Source: Candidatus Delongbacteria bacterium
Lineage (GTDB): Bacteria; CAIWAD01
Length of the DNA: 64,000 nucleotides
NCBI GenBank assembly: GCA_963663545.1
Contig: OY760505.1
Span: 3,520,001 to 3,584,000, forward strand
Direction of reading: 5' to 3'
The position numbers and the translations under genes are program-made. This document shows, in pieces, positions 37,957-49,619 of the stretch (its first letter is position 1; the number at the start of each line of letters is the position of its first letter). The notes under the pieces were generated by a model. It had not been told where the DNA came from, did not search any database, and worked only from the letters and a program-made list of their open reading frames with translations.

Positions 37957-39342
37957 ATGTGCGCTTCCGCTACTAGTACCCTGCCGCTGCTGCGCGTCGT
38001 CGCCATTGGAGATGAGCTGCTGGAGGGGCACACCCTTGATACCAACACCCGTGAGCTGGTGCAGGCCTTGCGTGAACTGGGGCTGACGGTGGATCACGCC
38101 CGCACCGTGCGCGATCGTGAGACGGATTTGCTTGAGCTCGCACGCTGGCATGGACTGACCATCAGTACCGGCGGACTGGGGCCAACGCGCGACGATCGCA
38201 CGCGCCAGATTCTGGCGGATGCTTTCGGGGTGCAACTTGTGGAGGATCCGGAACGTTGGCAGCAGATCGTCGAGTGGTTTGCGCGCTTTGGCCGCCTGCC
38301 GGGTGAGCTGGAGCATTCCCAGGCCTTGCGGCCTGTTCCGGGCGAAAGTCTGCGCAACGAGGTGGGCACGGCCAACGGACTGGTCTTTGAAGAGGAATCG
38401 CGTACCTGGATTGCATTGCCCGGTGTGCCCGGTGAAATGCGTCATCTGCTGCAGGAGCGTCTTCTGCCCTGGCTGCGCGAACGCTACGCGCTGCCTGAAC
38501 CGGGACGCACACTGAACTTCCGTAGCCGCCGCATCGGCGAGGCCGTGTTACACGAGAGGCTGCAGCCGCTGGCAGATTTGGAAGCGCTGGCGGAGCTGGG
38601 TTTTTATCCGCATCCGGACGGCGTGATTCTGCGCGCCAAACTACCCGCACTTCCGCTGATGGAAGTGGAGCGGCGTGTCACACAGATCCGCGAGCTGGTG
38701 CGCGCGCGACTGGGCGACCATTTGCTCCTTGAGGACGGAGAAGGTCTGCATCTGGTGTTACACCGCCTGCTCAAGGAGGCGGGAGCGCGAGTTGCCGTTG
38801 CAGAGAGTTGTACCGGTGGACTGCTGGCCAGTCTGCTGACGGAGATGGCCGGTTCCAGCGAGTCGCTGTTGGGCGGTGTGGTAGCCTACGCGAATGAAAT
38901 CAAGGAATGCGTGCTGGGTGTATCACCGCAAACGCTGGAGCAGCATGGTGCCGTCTCGGCGGAGTGCGTGAAGAAAATGGCAGCCGGCGTGCGCAAGTTG
39001 TATCACGCCGATCTAAGCCTTTCCGTTTCCGGTGTGGCTGGACCGGGAGGCGGCACGGAGGAAAAGCCCGTCGGCACGGTCTGGCTGGGACTGGATGTCT
39101 CACCGCGCCTGGCGCAGTGGTTGCATCAGCAGGGTTTGCGTGTGCCGCAGACGCCGTGTGCGCGTCTGGAACGCCTGCCGGGTAATCGGCAGCAAGTGCG
39201 CCGTCGCAGTGCGGGACGTGCACTGGCCTTTGGAGTGGAAGTGCTGCTTGGACTTCCGCCGGTGGAACCGGCTGTGGATCCGCAGCATGAGAAGGCATTG
39301 CGTGATTCGCGAAGTGCTGAAGCGGACGGAATACGGGAGTAG
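37957..39342 (+). CDS. cinA: CinA family (MoCF-like plus PncC) protein
   Basis: IGDELL, GGLGPTRDD, LPGVPGEM, AESCTGG and GVAGPGGG motifs. Confidence 0.9.
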   Translation: MCASATSTLPLLRVVAIGDELLEGHTLDTNTRELVQALRELGLTVDHARTVRDRETDLLELARWHGLTISTGGLGPTRDDRTRQILADAFGVQLVEDPERWQQIVEWFARFGRLPGELEHSQALRPVPGESLRNEVGTANGLVFEEESRTWIALPGVPGEMRHLLQERLLPWLRERYALPEPGRTLNFRSRRIGEAVLHERLQPLADLEALAELGFYPHPDGVILRAKLPALPLMEVERRVTQIRELVRARLGDHLLLEDGEGLHLVLHRLLKEAGARVAVAESCTGGLLASLLTEMAGSSESLLGGVVAYANEIKECVLGVSPQTLEQHGAVSAECVKKMAAGVRKLYHADLSLSVSGVAGPGGGTEEKPVGTVWLGLDVSPRLAQWLHQQGLRVPQTPCARLERLPGNRQQVRRRSAGRALAFGVEVLLGLPPVEPAVDPQHEKALRDSRSAEADGIRE

Positions 39343-39344
39343 TC

Positions 39345-39926
39345 ATGCGCCTGTTCATCGCCTGTCCCTTGCCCGAAGAGGTCAAGCGCGAGTTGCGTCG
39401 CCAACAGGAGGCCCTGATTCCGCGTCGCGACCAGATTCGATGGACGCCGGTGGAGCAACTGCACTTGACGCTGAAGTTCATCGGCGAAGTGCAGGACTGG
39501 TGGGTGAATGAGCTTGGTGATACACTGGACGCCCTTTGTGGGGAGCACAGCGCTTTCAGACTGCGCTTGGCAGAGCCCGGCTATTTTGGCTCGCCCGATG
39601 CCCCGCGTGTGCTCTGGACCGGGCTATCCGGTGATACACGCAGGCTCTGCGCTTTCTGCGATCTGCTGGAGCGCGATCTGGACGGCGCCGGGCTGCCGCG
39701 AAGCGAAAAGCGCTTCAAGCCGCATTTGACCCTGGGGCGCGTGAAGCAGGCCAGACCCGGACTGGTGCGCGACCTGCTGGCTGCAGCGCCGCTGAACCTG
39801 GATTGTCCGCTGCGCGAGGTGCAGCTCTTGTCCAGCGTGCTCAAATCCAGCGGTGCGATTCATCATGTCCTGTCCCGCCATATATTGAGTGAAAGTGAAG
39901 TGGACAACGATCAAGCGAAGGAATAG
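39345..39926 (+). CDS. thpR: RNA 2',3'-cyclic phosphodiesterase
   Basis: MRLFIA and two HLTL motifs. Confidence 0.9.
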   Translation: MRLFIACPLPEEVKRELRRQQEALIPRRDQIRWTPVEQLHLTLKFIGEVQDWWVNELGDTLDALCGEHSAFRLRLAEPGYFGSPDAPRVLWTGLSGDTRRLCAFCDLLERDLDGAGLPRSEKRFKPHLTLGRVKQARPGLVRDLLAAAPLNLDCPLREVQLLSSVLKSSGAIHHVLSRHILSESEVDNDQAKE

Positions 39927-39928
39927 AA

Positions 39929-40981
<1,053 letters not shown>

Positions 40982-41116
40982 GTTTGTCGTTGGCCGGTTC
41001 AAAGATTCGGCTGTACCCCGTGCCCGCCGCGCCTCGCGGGTGCGCGGCTTGCACGGGCGATAACGATCACAGGTCGTTTCGGCCAGAATTCCGGCTCCGT
41101 CGTGAATCACAAAACC

Positions 41117-41152
41117 AGGCCCCGTGGAGCTTGCTTCGCGGGGTCTTTTGTT
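41117..41152 (+). terminator. terminator downstream of recA
   Basis: AGGCCCCGTGGAG/CTTCGCGGGGTCT stem plus TTTGTT. Confidence 0.65.
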
Positions 41153-41285
41153 GCGCATAGGCCAGTGTCCAAGGACGGAGGTGCAGGCAATTCCTCTTCG
41201 CCTGTGTTTGGGCCCTTGTGTCGCGATTCGTACTTTGTGACCTGTCGTCCAGCGCCCGTAGCCTGGCAGGTGCGGCGACAGGCCT

Positions 41286-42485
41286 ATGCAGCGTATCACG
41301 CGCACGGGCGACGTGGAACAGAGGACGAAGATGGACGGCACACGGCGCCAGCAATGGCAATTGATCGGACTGGCAGCAGTGGGACTTCTCGGCTTGTGGG
41401 GTGCGCTCCATCTTGATCGTCTGCTGACGGGCAGTTTGCCGGCGGCGGCCGTCGGGGGTGTTCTCCTGGCAACCCTGCTGTCGCTGGGTGGCTTCGCCAT
41501 GTGGATTGCCTACAGACTGGGCGGGCACCTGCCAAAGGGTGCCGTCGAGCGAGGCGCCTGGGGGCTGTTGAATGGCCTATACGTTGTGCTAATTGTTACG
41601 CTTTCCCGCTGGCAAAACCAGGATTGGATTCTGCAGGGATCTCTGCTGCTGATGGTTCTGCTGCCCGCCGTCAGCATGGTGCTGGTCACCCTCGAGAAGT
41701 CGGTGGCCGCCGTGCGTATGCGCATTGCCCTGGTTTATCTTGGCATCGTGCCTCAGATCGCCGCGCTGCAGCAGGTGCATTCACAATTCAGCAGTCAAAG
41801 CATCTTCGGCATGCCCGTCGTCTGGTTGGCTTTTGCGCTCATCTGGCTTTTTGCCGTGTCCATGTTGAGCTCCTGGGAGTTTCCCGAAGTGCATCTGCGT
41901 GTACAGAAGGAGCTTTTGCCGCGATGGATTCCGCTGGCTTTGGCCGTAGCGCTGTTGATTGCCGCGCTACCGGTGCTGGTTTTGCTCTTGCAAGGATACA
42001 GCATGTTGGAAGGACCGGCTTTTGCTTCGTATCTGCTGGCGGCGCTTTCCTGCCTGAGCATTTTCACCGCCGTTCCGCGTTTGCGCAAATGGGGCAGCGG
42101 GCCTCCCGCCTGGCTGACCATCGGTCTAGCGCTGGTCTTCGGCTCCATGATGTTGGCTATGCACTGGGGGTGGCTGACCCTACCCGCGCGTTACTGCAGC
42201 ACCGCTTCCATTCAGTTACTACTGCTGGCGTTGGCTGGCTGGCTGGCGGGTCTGCCCAAGCAGGGCACTCAGCGGCGCACACTATTGAGCACGCTGCACA
42301 CTGCGTGTATCGCTCTGATGTTTGGCCTGCTCTGGTGGGCGCTACCAATGGCAGGAAAACTGACCCCTACGCTGCAGGTACTCATCTTCATGGCTTTTTT
42401 CCTGGGAGCCGGTTTGGGCTACAGTCGAATCGAACTTTCCTACCGCGAGTTGGCGGATAGCGGGGAAGATCGCACACAGAGCTAA
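41286..42485 (+). CDS. polytopic membrane hypothetical protein
   Basis: About 12 hydrophobic segments; start uncertain. Confidence 0.65.
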   Translation: MQRITRTGDVEQRTKMDGTRRQQWQLIGLAAVGLLGLWGALHLDRLLTGSLPAAAVGGVLLATLLSLGGFAMWIAYRLGGHLPKGAVERGAWGLLNGLYVVLIVTLSRWQNQDWILQGSLLLMVLLPAVSMVLVTLEKSVAAVRMRIALVYLGIVPQIAALQQVHSQFSSQSIFGMPVVWLAFALIWLFAVSMLSSWEFPEVHLRVQKELLPRWIPLALAVALLIAALPVLVLLLQGYSMLEGPAFASYLLAALSCLSIFTAVPRLRKWGSGPPAWLTIGLALVFGSMMLAMHWGWLTLPARYCSTASIQLLLLALAGWLAGLPKQGTQRRTLLSTLHTACIALMFGLLWWALPMAGKLTPTLQVLIFMAFFLGAGLGYSRIELSYRELADSGEDRTQS

Positions 42486-42683
42486 GCCTAAATTTAGAAG
42501 ACACGCTTCGCGCCGAGGAACAAGGACTGCATACAACGCGGGGGGTGGGACACATCCCCATCCTGCTTCACACCTAATGCCTCCCGCCTTGATTGCGGAC
42601 TGCACCTAAGCGCTTTTGCCCTTGAGAACCGATTCTGTGGCGGGGGAGGAGCCTTGCCTGGAGGCGCAAATACTGAACACTGA

Positions 42684-42852
42684 AGCGTAAAATGAACTGG
42701 ACACCCCCGATGAGTGTCCAGTTTTCGTAAGTCCAGTATTGTGCCTTCCAATGCGTTTGGCATAGGAGTCTTGGGGATCCTGGGGGTCTGGCACCGCTCT
42801 GGCACCGCTCTGACCCGTGTCAGAGCCTAACGCAGCGGCACATCCTCAGCAA
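42684..42852. repeat. direct repeat A, copy 1 (158 bp plus 11-bp internal duplication)
   Basis: Matches 44069-44226; contains AACTGGACAC/GTGTCCAGTT hairpin. Confidence 0.92.
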
Positions 42853-43136
42853 GTAGCGCCTGGTCAGAATTGCTTGCTAAAACAAACAATGAGCTTTGAA
42901 TAAACAACGATTGAGCAACAAGGCAACGGAAAATCCTCTTGCAAGTAATAATGCTATAAAACAAATTTGCACAACAAAGCGAAAATATAATGCAATATAG
43001 CGTGAATAAATAACTTTATGAAATAAATGCGGTGCGATAGAAATGCAAGAGCTCTATGCGAGCAAAATTAGGCATGAAACAGACATAAATTTCATGATAA
43101 AGAGCATTAGAGAAATGTCAAAATACATGGTGCTGT

Positions 43137-44057
43137 ATGGACAAGGATATTCACGTCAGGCTTGGTCAGCCGACGCAGTCTGCGCTTGTTGACGTTGGAA
43201 AGCACAAAACTAGGCAACACCCAACAAGTGTATCCATTGCGGGCCTGGACCAACAAGAGCGGCAGAGACACTTGGACAGGATTTATCGTGATCCGGAGTT
43301 TGGTCCTCTAAACACATATGCCCTACAGAGGCTGGGAGATTTGCGTGGTAAAACGGTATTGGAGATTGGATGCGGTTGTGGCCACATGAGCGCACACTTT
43401 GCGCTACTGGGTGCACGCGTGATTGCTATTGACACCAGCGAGCACGAGCTATCATTGGCCAAGCAGCGACTTAGCAGATTCGGTGTGATGGAATCCTGTC
43501 AATTGCTGCAGTGCAAAGCAGAGGAGCTGCAAGTCGCAGATCATTCAGTAGACGTTGTGTACTCAAGAAGCACTATGCAGTACGTGAACAGGGAGAAAGC
43601 TTTTAGTGAGTTCAAACGCGTGCTGGTGCCAGATGGTATGCTTTCTTTGAATGAGAATCTTCCGAATAACCCAGTTGTTATGGCTTATCGCTGTATCAGG
43701 CGCCTACGGGCTGTAAAACCGGAACAAAAGGCGTATCTAGCTTCAATCTTGGGATATATCAACGAGAAAGAGCTCGAGCAGCTTGCGCGCGAATACACAT
43801 GGAGTGATCATAGCGAATACCATATACTGCGACCATTGACGATATTTATTAGCAAATACTGTTGTTGTAAGAAGGGCTGGGTTGTGGTTATGGATCATTG
43901 CTTGAAGTGCGTGGATGATTGGTTGATTCAACATATCCCCGCAACAAGGCGATTGGCTTGGTTTACCTCTACATTCTGTTCTAAGCCGATGCAACTCTCC
44001 ATACCTGTCGAACCCTCCAGGGGTGGGCCGACACCCGAGAAAGAGTCTCATGCCTAG
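43137..44057 (+). CDS. class I SAM-dependent methyltransferase
   Basis: VLEIGCGCG, AIDTS, SVDVV and RVLVPDG motifs; AT-rich upstream region. Confidence 0.85.
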   Translation: MDKDIHVRLGQPTQSALVDVGKHKTRQHPTSVSIAGLDQQERQRHLDRIYRDPEFGPLNTYALQRLGDLRGKTVLEIGCGCGHMSAHFALLGARVIAIDTSEHELSLAKQRLSRFGVMESCQLLQCKAEELQVADHSVDVVYSRSTMQYVNREKAFSEFKRVLVPDGMLSLNENLPNNPVVMAYRCIRRLRAVKPEQKAYLASILGYINEKELEQLAREYTWSDHSEYHILRPLTIFISKYCCCKKGWVVVMDHCLKCVDDWLIQHIPATRRLAWFTSTFCSKPMQLSIPVEPSRGGPTPEKESHA

Positions 44058-44068
44058 AGATCACGCTC

Positions 44069-44226
44069 AGCGTAAAAAGAACTGGACACCCCCGATGAGT
44101 GTCCAGTTTTCGTAAGTCCAGTATTGTGCCTTCCAATACGTTTGGCATTGGAGACTTGGGGACCCTGGGGGTCTGGCACCGCTCTGACCCGTGTCAGAGC
44201 CTAACGCAGCGGCACATCCTCAGCAA
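44069..44226. repeat. direct repeat A, copy 2, includes the 3' end of the FG-GAP gene
   Basis: Matches 42684-42852. Confidence 0.92.
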
Positions 44227-46156
44227 TCACCCGAAAGTACCCCTGCGCGGTCTGCAGATCCAGATCGCGCGAAGTCGTCGAATGCCAGAAGTAATTCCAC
44301 CAGGAGCTCTCGTCGTAGGGATTCAGGCTCTTCTGAACGCGGTAACGCAGTGCGCCGGGCACAGCGTCCCAACTCAGGCGCACCTGCTCGTTGCCAATGT
44401 ACTCCAGGCGCACATGCTGCGGCACACCCAACGTGGGCGTGAAAGACCAGCACATCACCTGGGCGCCAATGTTGCCCGAGATCAGATCCGGCACGCCGTC
44501 ACCGGTGATGTCGCCCGTGGTGGTCGTGGCGTAACGGCCCACATCCATGCCCAGAGTGGGGCTGTTCTCTCCCATCAGCTCATTCCAGATGAAGCTGGCC
44601 GGGTCGCGCTGCCAGCAGCGGATGTCGCCGTTGTAGCGGCCGCTGATGATGTCATCCCAGCCGTCGGCGTTGAGGTCCAGAAAGGATACCGTGTTGCGGT
44701 AACCGGCCATACTCGCTCCTACCAGCGGATTCACGCCTTCCAGGTAGACGAAACTGGGTGAGATGGCACTGCCCTGGTTTTCCCAGCATTCCAGCGTGCT
44801 GCCGCTGTAGCAGCCCAGCAGCATGTCCAGATCGCCGTCGTGGTCCCAGTCACTGAAGGCGGCGTTGAAGTTGTCGCTGTAGTTGGCGGTGGTGCACAGC
44901 GATTCCCAGCCGTTGTAGTAAGGATTGCTTGCGGTGCCCGCGTTCGTGTAGAGGCGCATGTCGCGGCCGTAGGGCATCACCACATCCAGCAATCCGTCGG
45001 CGTTCAGATCCACCAGACGCGGATGCACGTAGCCGCCATGATCGCCGGGAAGTACGGAACTGACCTGGGTCATCACCCGCTGACCCAGTGCGTCCAGCTC
45101 GCCGATCAGGTAGTGCACATGGCCGTCCTGCTGACCCACCAGGGCGTCGGCCAGACCATCGCCATTCAGGTCGCCGACCGTCGGGCTGCAATAAAAGCCG
45201 GCGTAGGAACGGAAGGGATTGCTACCCGCGTTGGCTTCGCTATAGGAGCCGCCGGTGGTGTTGCTGACATACATGTTGCAAGCGTTAGTGTAATCGCTGG
45301 TCAGCAGGGCCGGATGTCCCTGGCCGAAGAGATCGGCAAAGGCCAGCACTTGACTTGCCTGCGGAGTTGTGCAGTTGTAGAGCGGATTGACGCCTTCGCC
45401 CATGCGACGCTCAAAACACGGCGTCGTGGCCGAGCCGGTGTTCTCGAAATAGTCGGGCCAGCCGTCGCCGCCGATGGCCAGATCCAGATCGCCGTCGGCA
45501 TCCAGATCCACCAGGCGTGGGCGTGTGGGGCTGCAAACAGATTCACCGGCGAAATAGTCTGTTTCCACGTCCATGCGCGTGAAGTTGCTCGCGCCGTCAT
45601 TGAACCAGGTGCTCAAGGAACCGCTGCCGCCGCCCACCGCGTCAAGATCGCCGTCGCCATCCAGGTCGCCGAAGGTGAAGTGGTTGAAGTTGCCCATGCT
45701 CAGCTCGCTGAGCGGGTTCGCGGCGCCGGATCGATAAACGAAGACCGGCTCCATGGCGCTACCCGTATTCTCGAGGAAACTCACGCCCGCAAATCGGTCG
45801 CCGCAGGCAAGGTCAAGGTCGCCGTCGCCATCGATGTCGGCCAGTTCGGGGACAACCCACATACTATGACCTGCGAAGGGATTCCAGTCTGGGTCGAGCT
45901 CGAGGCGCGGAGAGGTTGCGCTGCCCGTGTTCCAGAAAACGCGCAGGTTGCCGTCGTACTGGCCAACCACCAGATCCTGATCGCCGTCACCGTCCAGATC
46001 GCCAAAGGCGGGGGACACACTGTCACCACTGCCTAACGGGGCATCGATAAAGGCGGGTTGCGTGCGAACGTTGTTCATGAATTCAAAGCTGCCGGTGCCG
46101 GCGTGTGCCAGGCCGGACAAAGTTACAACGAGGGCAAGAGATAGAGCGCGAGACAT
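44201..46156 (-). CDS. secreted FG-GAP/VCBS repeat protein
   Basis: Signal peptide; many DLDGDGDxDL repeats; C-terminal VRLSWDAVPGA domain. Confidence 0.88.
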   Translation of the reverse strand: MSRALSLALVVTLSGLAHAGTGSFEFMNNVRTQPAFIDAPLGSGDSVSPAFGDLDGDGDQDLVVGQYDGNLRVFWNTGSATSPRLELDPDWNPFAGHSMWVVPELADIDGDGDLDLACGDRFAGVSFLENTGSAMEPVFVYRSGAANPLSELSMGNFNHFTFGDLDGDGDLDAVGGGSGSLSTWFNDGASNFTRMDVETDYFAGESVCSPTRPRLVDLDADGDLDLAIGGDGWPDYFENTGSATTPCFERRMGEGVNPLYNCTTPQASQVLAFADLFGQGHPALLTSDYTNACNMYVSNTTGGSYSEANAGSNPFRSYAGFYCSPTVGDLNGDGLADALVGQQDGHVHYLIGELDALGQRVMTQVSSVLPGDHGGYVHPRLVDLNADGLLDVVMPYGRDMRLYTNAGTASNPYYNGWESLCTTANYSDNFNAAFSDWDHDGDLDMLLGCYSGSTLECWENQGSAISPSFVYLEGVNPLVGASMAGYRNTVSFLDLNADGWDDIISGRYNGDIRCWQRDPASFIWNELMGENSPTLGMDVGRYATTTTGDITGDGVPDLISGNIGAQVMCWSFTPTLGVPQHVRLEYIGNEQVRLSWDAVPGALRYRVQKSLNPYDESSWWNYFWHSTTSRDLDLQTAQGYFRVIAEDVPLR

Positions 46157-46456
46157 GGCCTCTCCTTATGTATTGGTGGTAAGGGAGCGCAGCGCGCGGC
46201 ATCCCCTTTGACGAAGCCTGATTGCGCCACGTCCACTTTGCCGTAGTAGACCTGGCAAGGCCTTTTCCTCAGGAGGGAAATCGAGTCGCCAAGATTATGC
46301 CAGAATCGACACATGAAATCTGGTTCAAGAATCCTGAGTCAGCTTTGTGGACGTGACCTGCGAACTGTTCACCGTGTTGGATTTCAGGCGGCCATCCGAT
46401 TGTGTGCGCGCCTTCCTCGTAGCATATTGATAGGGTCAAGCCGCAACGGGGTCAGC

Positions 46457-47065
46457 ATGCTGATTGCCTCCATCCTTATCGCCTATCTGCTGGGATCTCT
46501 GCCTTTCAGTTTGTGGATCGTGCGCGCGCGCCGCGGCATTGATCTGCGCACTACGGGCAGCGGCAACGCGGGCGCCACCAACGCGGGACGTCTGCTGGGG
46601 CCGGGCGGCTACGTGGGGATTCTGGTTCTGGATGCAGCCAAGGGTGCGCTTGCGGTTGCAACTCCCCTGTTACTTGGCTTTGACTCACGGACGCAGACTC
46701 TGTGCGCGGCCCTGGCCATTGCCGGGCACCTCTGGCCGCTGTTCGCCCGCTTTCGCGGCGGCAAGGGTGCGGCCACCGCGCTAGGTGCCGCTCTGGTACT
46801 GACTCCTCAGACGGCTGCGTGGTCTTTGCTCGTGCTAGTGCTGGCGCGCGCGCTTTGCTGGCTGGCCGGCAGACGCGTGGACGCCTGGTACTGGACGCTG
46901 GCGGCAAGCCTTTGCTACGCTGCACTGGCGTTGTGGACGCAGCTGCATGGACCGCGCCTGGCTTATGCCCTGCTGCTTCCGCTTACAATGATGGCCACAC
47001 ATCACCAAAACTGGCGCGGGGCCTGGGCCGCTCGGCGAGGCTCTGGAAAGGACATCCACTCATGA
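46457..47065 (+). CDS. plsY: glycerol-3-phosphate acyltransferase
   Basis: YLLGS, GSGNAGATN, DAAKG and FRGGKG motifs. Confidence 0.9.
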   Translation: MLIASILIAYLLGSLPFSLWIVRARRGIDLRTTGSGNAGATNAGRLLGPGGYVGILVLDAAKGALAVATPLLLGFDSRTQTLCAALAIAGHLWPLFARFRGGKGAATALGAALVLTPQTAAWSLLVLVLARALCWLAGRRVDAWYWTLAASLCYAALALWTQLHGPRLAYALLLPLTMMATHHQNWRGAWAARRGSGKDIHS

Positions 47066-48060
47066 AGATCGCGGTAGTCGGCGCTGGCAGCTGGGGCAGC
47101 GCGTTGGCCATCCTGCTTTCGGAGCAGGAGCACGAAGTGCGTATGTGGGAGTACGAAGCGGCTCAAGCCGAGGCCTACGCGCGTGGCGAACGGGCCATCC
47201 CCTTTCTACCTGGCATCCGTTTGCCGAAGGAAATCACGGTCTCCCACCAGATGGAGGAGGTGCTCCCGGGCGCTCGCATCGTGGTGCTGGCGGTGCCCAC
47301 CCACGGTCTGCGTGATACACTCGCGTTAATGAAGCCGCTGCTTTCCGACGACTGCATTCTGGTGGATGTGGCCAAAGGCCTGGAGCAAGGCAGCCTGAAG
47401 CGCATGAGTGAAGTCGTCTGCGAAGTACTGGCTGGCTGGCCGCTGCAGCATTATATCTGCCTGTCGGGGCCCAGCCACGCGGAGGAAGTGGCCCGTCGGG
47501 TGCCGACAACGGTGGTTGCTGCCGGTGTGGATCTGAACATCGCGCGCGAGGTGCAGGAGGCCTTTGCCAACAAGTATTTCCGCGTCTACACCAACAACGA
47601 CCTCACCGGCGTGGAGCTGGCGGGATCGCTGAAGAACGTCATCGCATTGGCCAGCGGTATGTGCGACGGCCTGGGTTTCGGCGACAATACCAAGGGCGCG
47701 CTGCTGACTCGGGGCATGGTTGAGATGGCTCGTCTAGGTACAAAGCTGGGCGGTCGCGCGGAGACCTTCTGGGGCCTTTCCGGCATGGGCGACCTGATCA
47801 CCACCTGCATGAGCAAGCACAGTCGCAACCGCTATGTGGGCGAGGAGCTGGGGCGCGGGCGTAGTTTACAGGACATCCTGGCTTCCATGAGTATGGTGGC
47901 CGAGGGCGTGCGCACCGCCGATTCCAGTAATGCACTACGCCTCCGCGAGGAGGTGGAAATGCCCATCACCGAGGCGGTCTATCGTGTGCTTTACGAGAAT
48001 GCCTCACCGCGCGAGCAGGTCTTTGAGCTGATGACGCGCACGCTGAAAGGCGAGCACTAG
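47062..48060 (+). CDS. gpsA: NAD(P)H-dependent glycerol-3-phosphate dehydrogenase
   Basis: GAGSWG, LSGPSHA, LKNVIA, GDLITTC and SRN motifs. Confidence 0.95.
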   Translation: MKIAVVGAGSWGSALAILLSEQEHEVRMWEYEAAQAEAYARGERAIPFLPGIRLPKEITVSHQMEEVLPGARIVVLAVPTHGLRDTLALMKPLLSDDCILVDVAKGLEQGSLKRMSEVVCEVLAGWPLQHYICLSGPSHAEEVARRVPTTVVAAGVDLNIAREVQEAFANKYFRVYTNNDLTGVELAGSLKNVIALASGMCDGLGFGDNTKGALLTRGMVEMARLGTKLGGRAETFWGLSGMGDLITTCMSKHSRNRYVGEELGRGRSLQDILASMSMVAEGVRTADSSNALRLREEVEMPITEAVYRVLYENASPREQVFELMTRTLKGEH

Positions 48061-48188
48061 GCGACAAAATGAGTTGCGGCAAAGGCTGTGCGAGGTTCAG
48101 CACGGAGAGGGTGTTTTTGAAATGCCGATCCTGCAATCCAGTCGGGATCATGATGATTGACAAGTGGATCTGAACCGGAGAACCTGTC

Positions 48189-48458
48189 ATGACCAGCACA
48201 CACGTTCACTTCCGCGGACGCGTCCAGGGCGTCGGTTTCCGTTACACGGCTGCTCATCTCGCCAAAGCCTACCGCTTGAAAGGCTGGGTGCGCAACCTGC
48301 CCGACGGCTGTGTCGAGGCCCTTTTCCAGGGCGATCCGATCACGATCCTAAGCGTGCTCACCCAACTCGAGGGCAACCCGGGTATGATTCGCGTTGAGGA
48401 GATCTCGCGTGAGGAAATTGACCACGAGGCCTGCCGGGAATTCGTTGTGCTGCGCTGA
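48189..48458 (+). CDS. acyP: acylphosphatase
   Basis: GRVQGVGFR and GWVRNLPDG motifs. Confidence 0.92.
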   Translation: MTSTHVHFRGRVQGVGFRYTAAHLAKAYRLKGWVRNLPDGCVEALFQGDPITILSVLTQLEGNPGMIRVEEISREEIDHEACREFVVLR

Positions 48459-49143
48459 GTGTTTTCAGCAGTGTTCAGGCAAACGATAAACTGCAAGGAC
48501 GATACCATCTCGCATGAGGGCTTCCCCGAAGTTCAGAAGAAACCCCAATCGTAATCCGCTAAGCTTCAAATAGGTGAGGAGTTGCTTCCTGTGTGTGTCG
48601 GTGATGCAAACGATGGACTTCAACTCCAGCAAGACTTTGCCTTCAATGATGATGTCAGCCCGAAATCCGAGATAAAACTCTTTTCCGCGCCAAAACACCG
48701 GGACCGGGACTTGCCTCAAAGCGACCAGACCTCTTTCTCTAAGCTCGTGTGCGAGTACGGCTTCGTAGACGGTCTCCAACAAACCTGGCCCTAGCTCGCG
48801 ATGAATTGTCAACGCAGCATCAATCACAATTCGGCCAATCTCGTTTTCCGTCATCTGTACTCCTGGCTTTCGTCTTGCAAACTACAACGAGAAAAGCCCG
48901 GAGTGAAGAGATTCGCCGCGTGTTTCGCTTGCGGAGGATACTGCTGTAAGCTGCTGTAGACAGTTTCCTGTTGTTTGACAAAAAAGAGGTGCATCTCGCC
49001 AAGCTCGAAGAGCTTGCAAGCTCGCAAAGCTCGCCAAGGAAGAGCAAAAGGGAGTTTTGGTTAAGAAAGCTGGCTGTTGGCCAGGGCCTCTTGAAGAGGG
49101 GTGTTTTTGCACGCAAAGAAGAGACGCTCTCCCCAATATGTGT
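48296..49143. repeat. direct repeat B, copy 1 (848 bp)
   Basis: Collinear with 62038-62885 (offset 13742). Confidence 0.92.
48465..48854 (-). CDS. GxxExxY protein (PD-(D/E)XK superfamily)
   Basis: LGPGLLETVY, FRADII, LELKS, QLLTYL and LLNFG motifs. Confidence 0.9.
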   Translation of the reverse strand: MTENEIGRIVIDAALTIHRELGPGLLETVYEAVLAHELRERGLVALRQVPVPVFWRGKEFYLGFRADIIIEGKVLLELKSIVCITDTHRKQLLTYLKLSGLRLGFLLNFGEALMRDGIVLAVYRLPEHC

Positions 49144-49174
49144 CTCGCGGCAGCCGCGCGCGAATGTCTTCCAC

Positions 49175-49504
49175 CTAGAGAAGCAGAGGATGCACGGCCT
49201 GCTCATCCGCCAAACAGAGGACGAGCGCAAACAGCGGTATCATGTCGAACTGATTTGCGAAGTGCTCCAGTTTCTCCAGGTGCGACCTCTCAATCACCAC
49301 TCCCCGGCTCTCTTTGGATCCAAACCTGAAGAGCCGTGTTTTCACCGATACGGCGTAGCGCAAACCCTGCTTTTCCCCGATCAGGTCGGCTCCCACGTGA
49401 TCCACCATGGCGACCTCAAAGCCCTTCCGAATAAATGCGTAGGTGCTAAGCCCCTCGCCGAAATCACCAATCTGCTTTGGTGCTCGCGTCTGCGTTCTCA
49501 TCAT
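49175..49504 (-). CDS. small PD-(D/E)XK-like nuclease, possibly truncated
   Basis: GDFGE...GFEV...GADLI...AVSVK pattern. Confidence 0.55.
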   Translation of the reverse strand: MMRTQTRAPKQIGDFGEGLSTYAFIRKGFEVAMVDHVGADLIGEKQGLRYAVSVKTRLFRFGSKESRGVVIERSHLEKLEHFANQFDMIPLFALVLCLADEQAVHPLLL

Positions 49505-49619
49505 TCGTCTCGTTGTCCTTAAGCAGCTTCCGTATGATTCTATCGGACAGTGCCCTGGGAGACTGTCCCTGCATATACTCATGCCATAGGTTGAGATCGC
49601 TGCCGTCAAGCAGGCGGCC

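Noticed and set aside
44198..44204. GCCTAAC/GTTAGGC core inside direct repeat A
   Set aside because: Coincides with the FG-GAP stop codon and lacks attC arms
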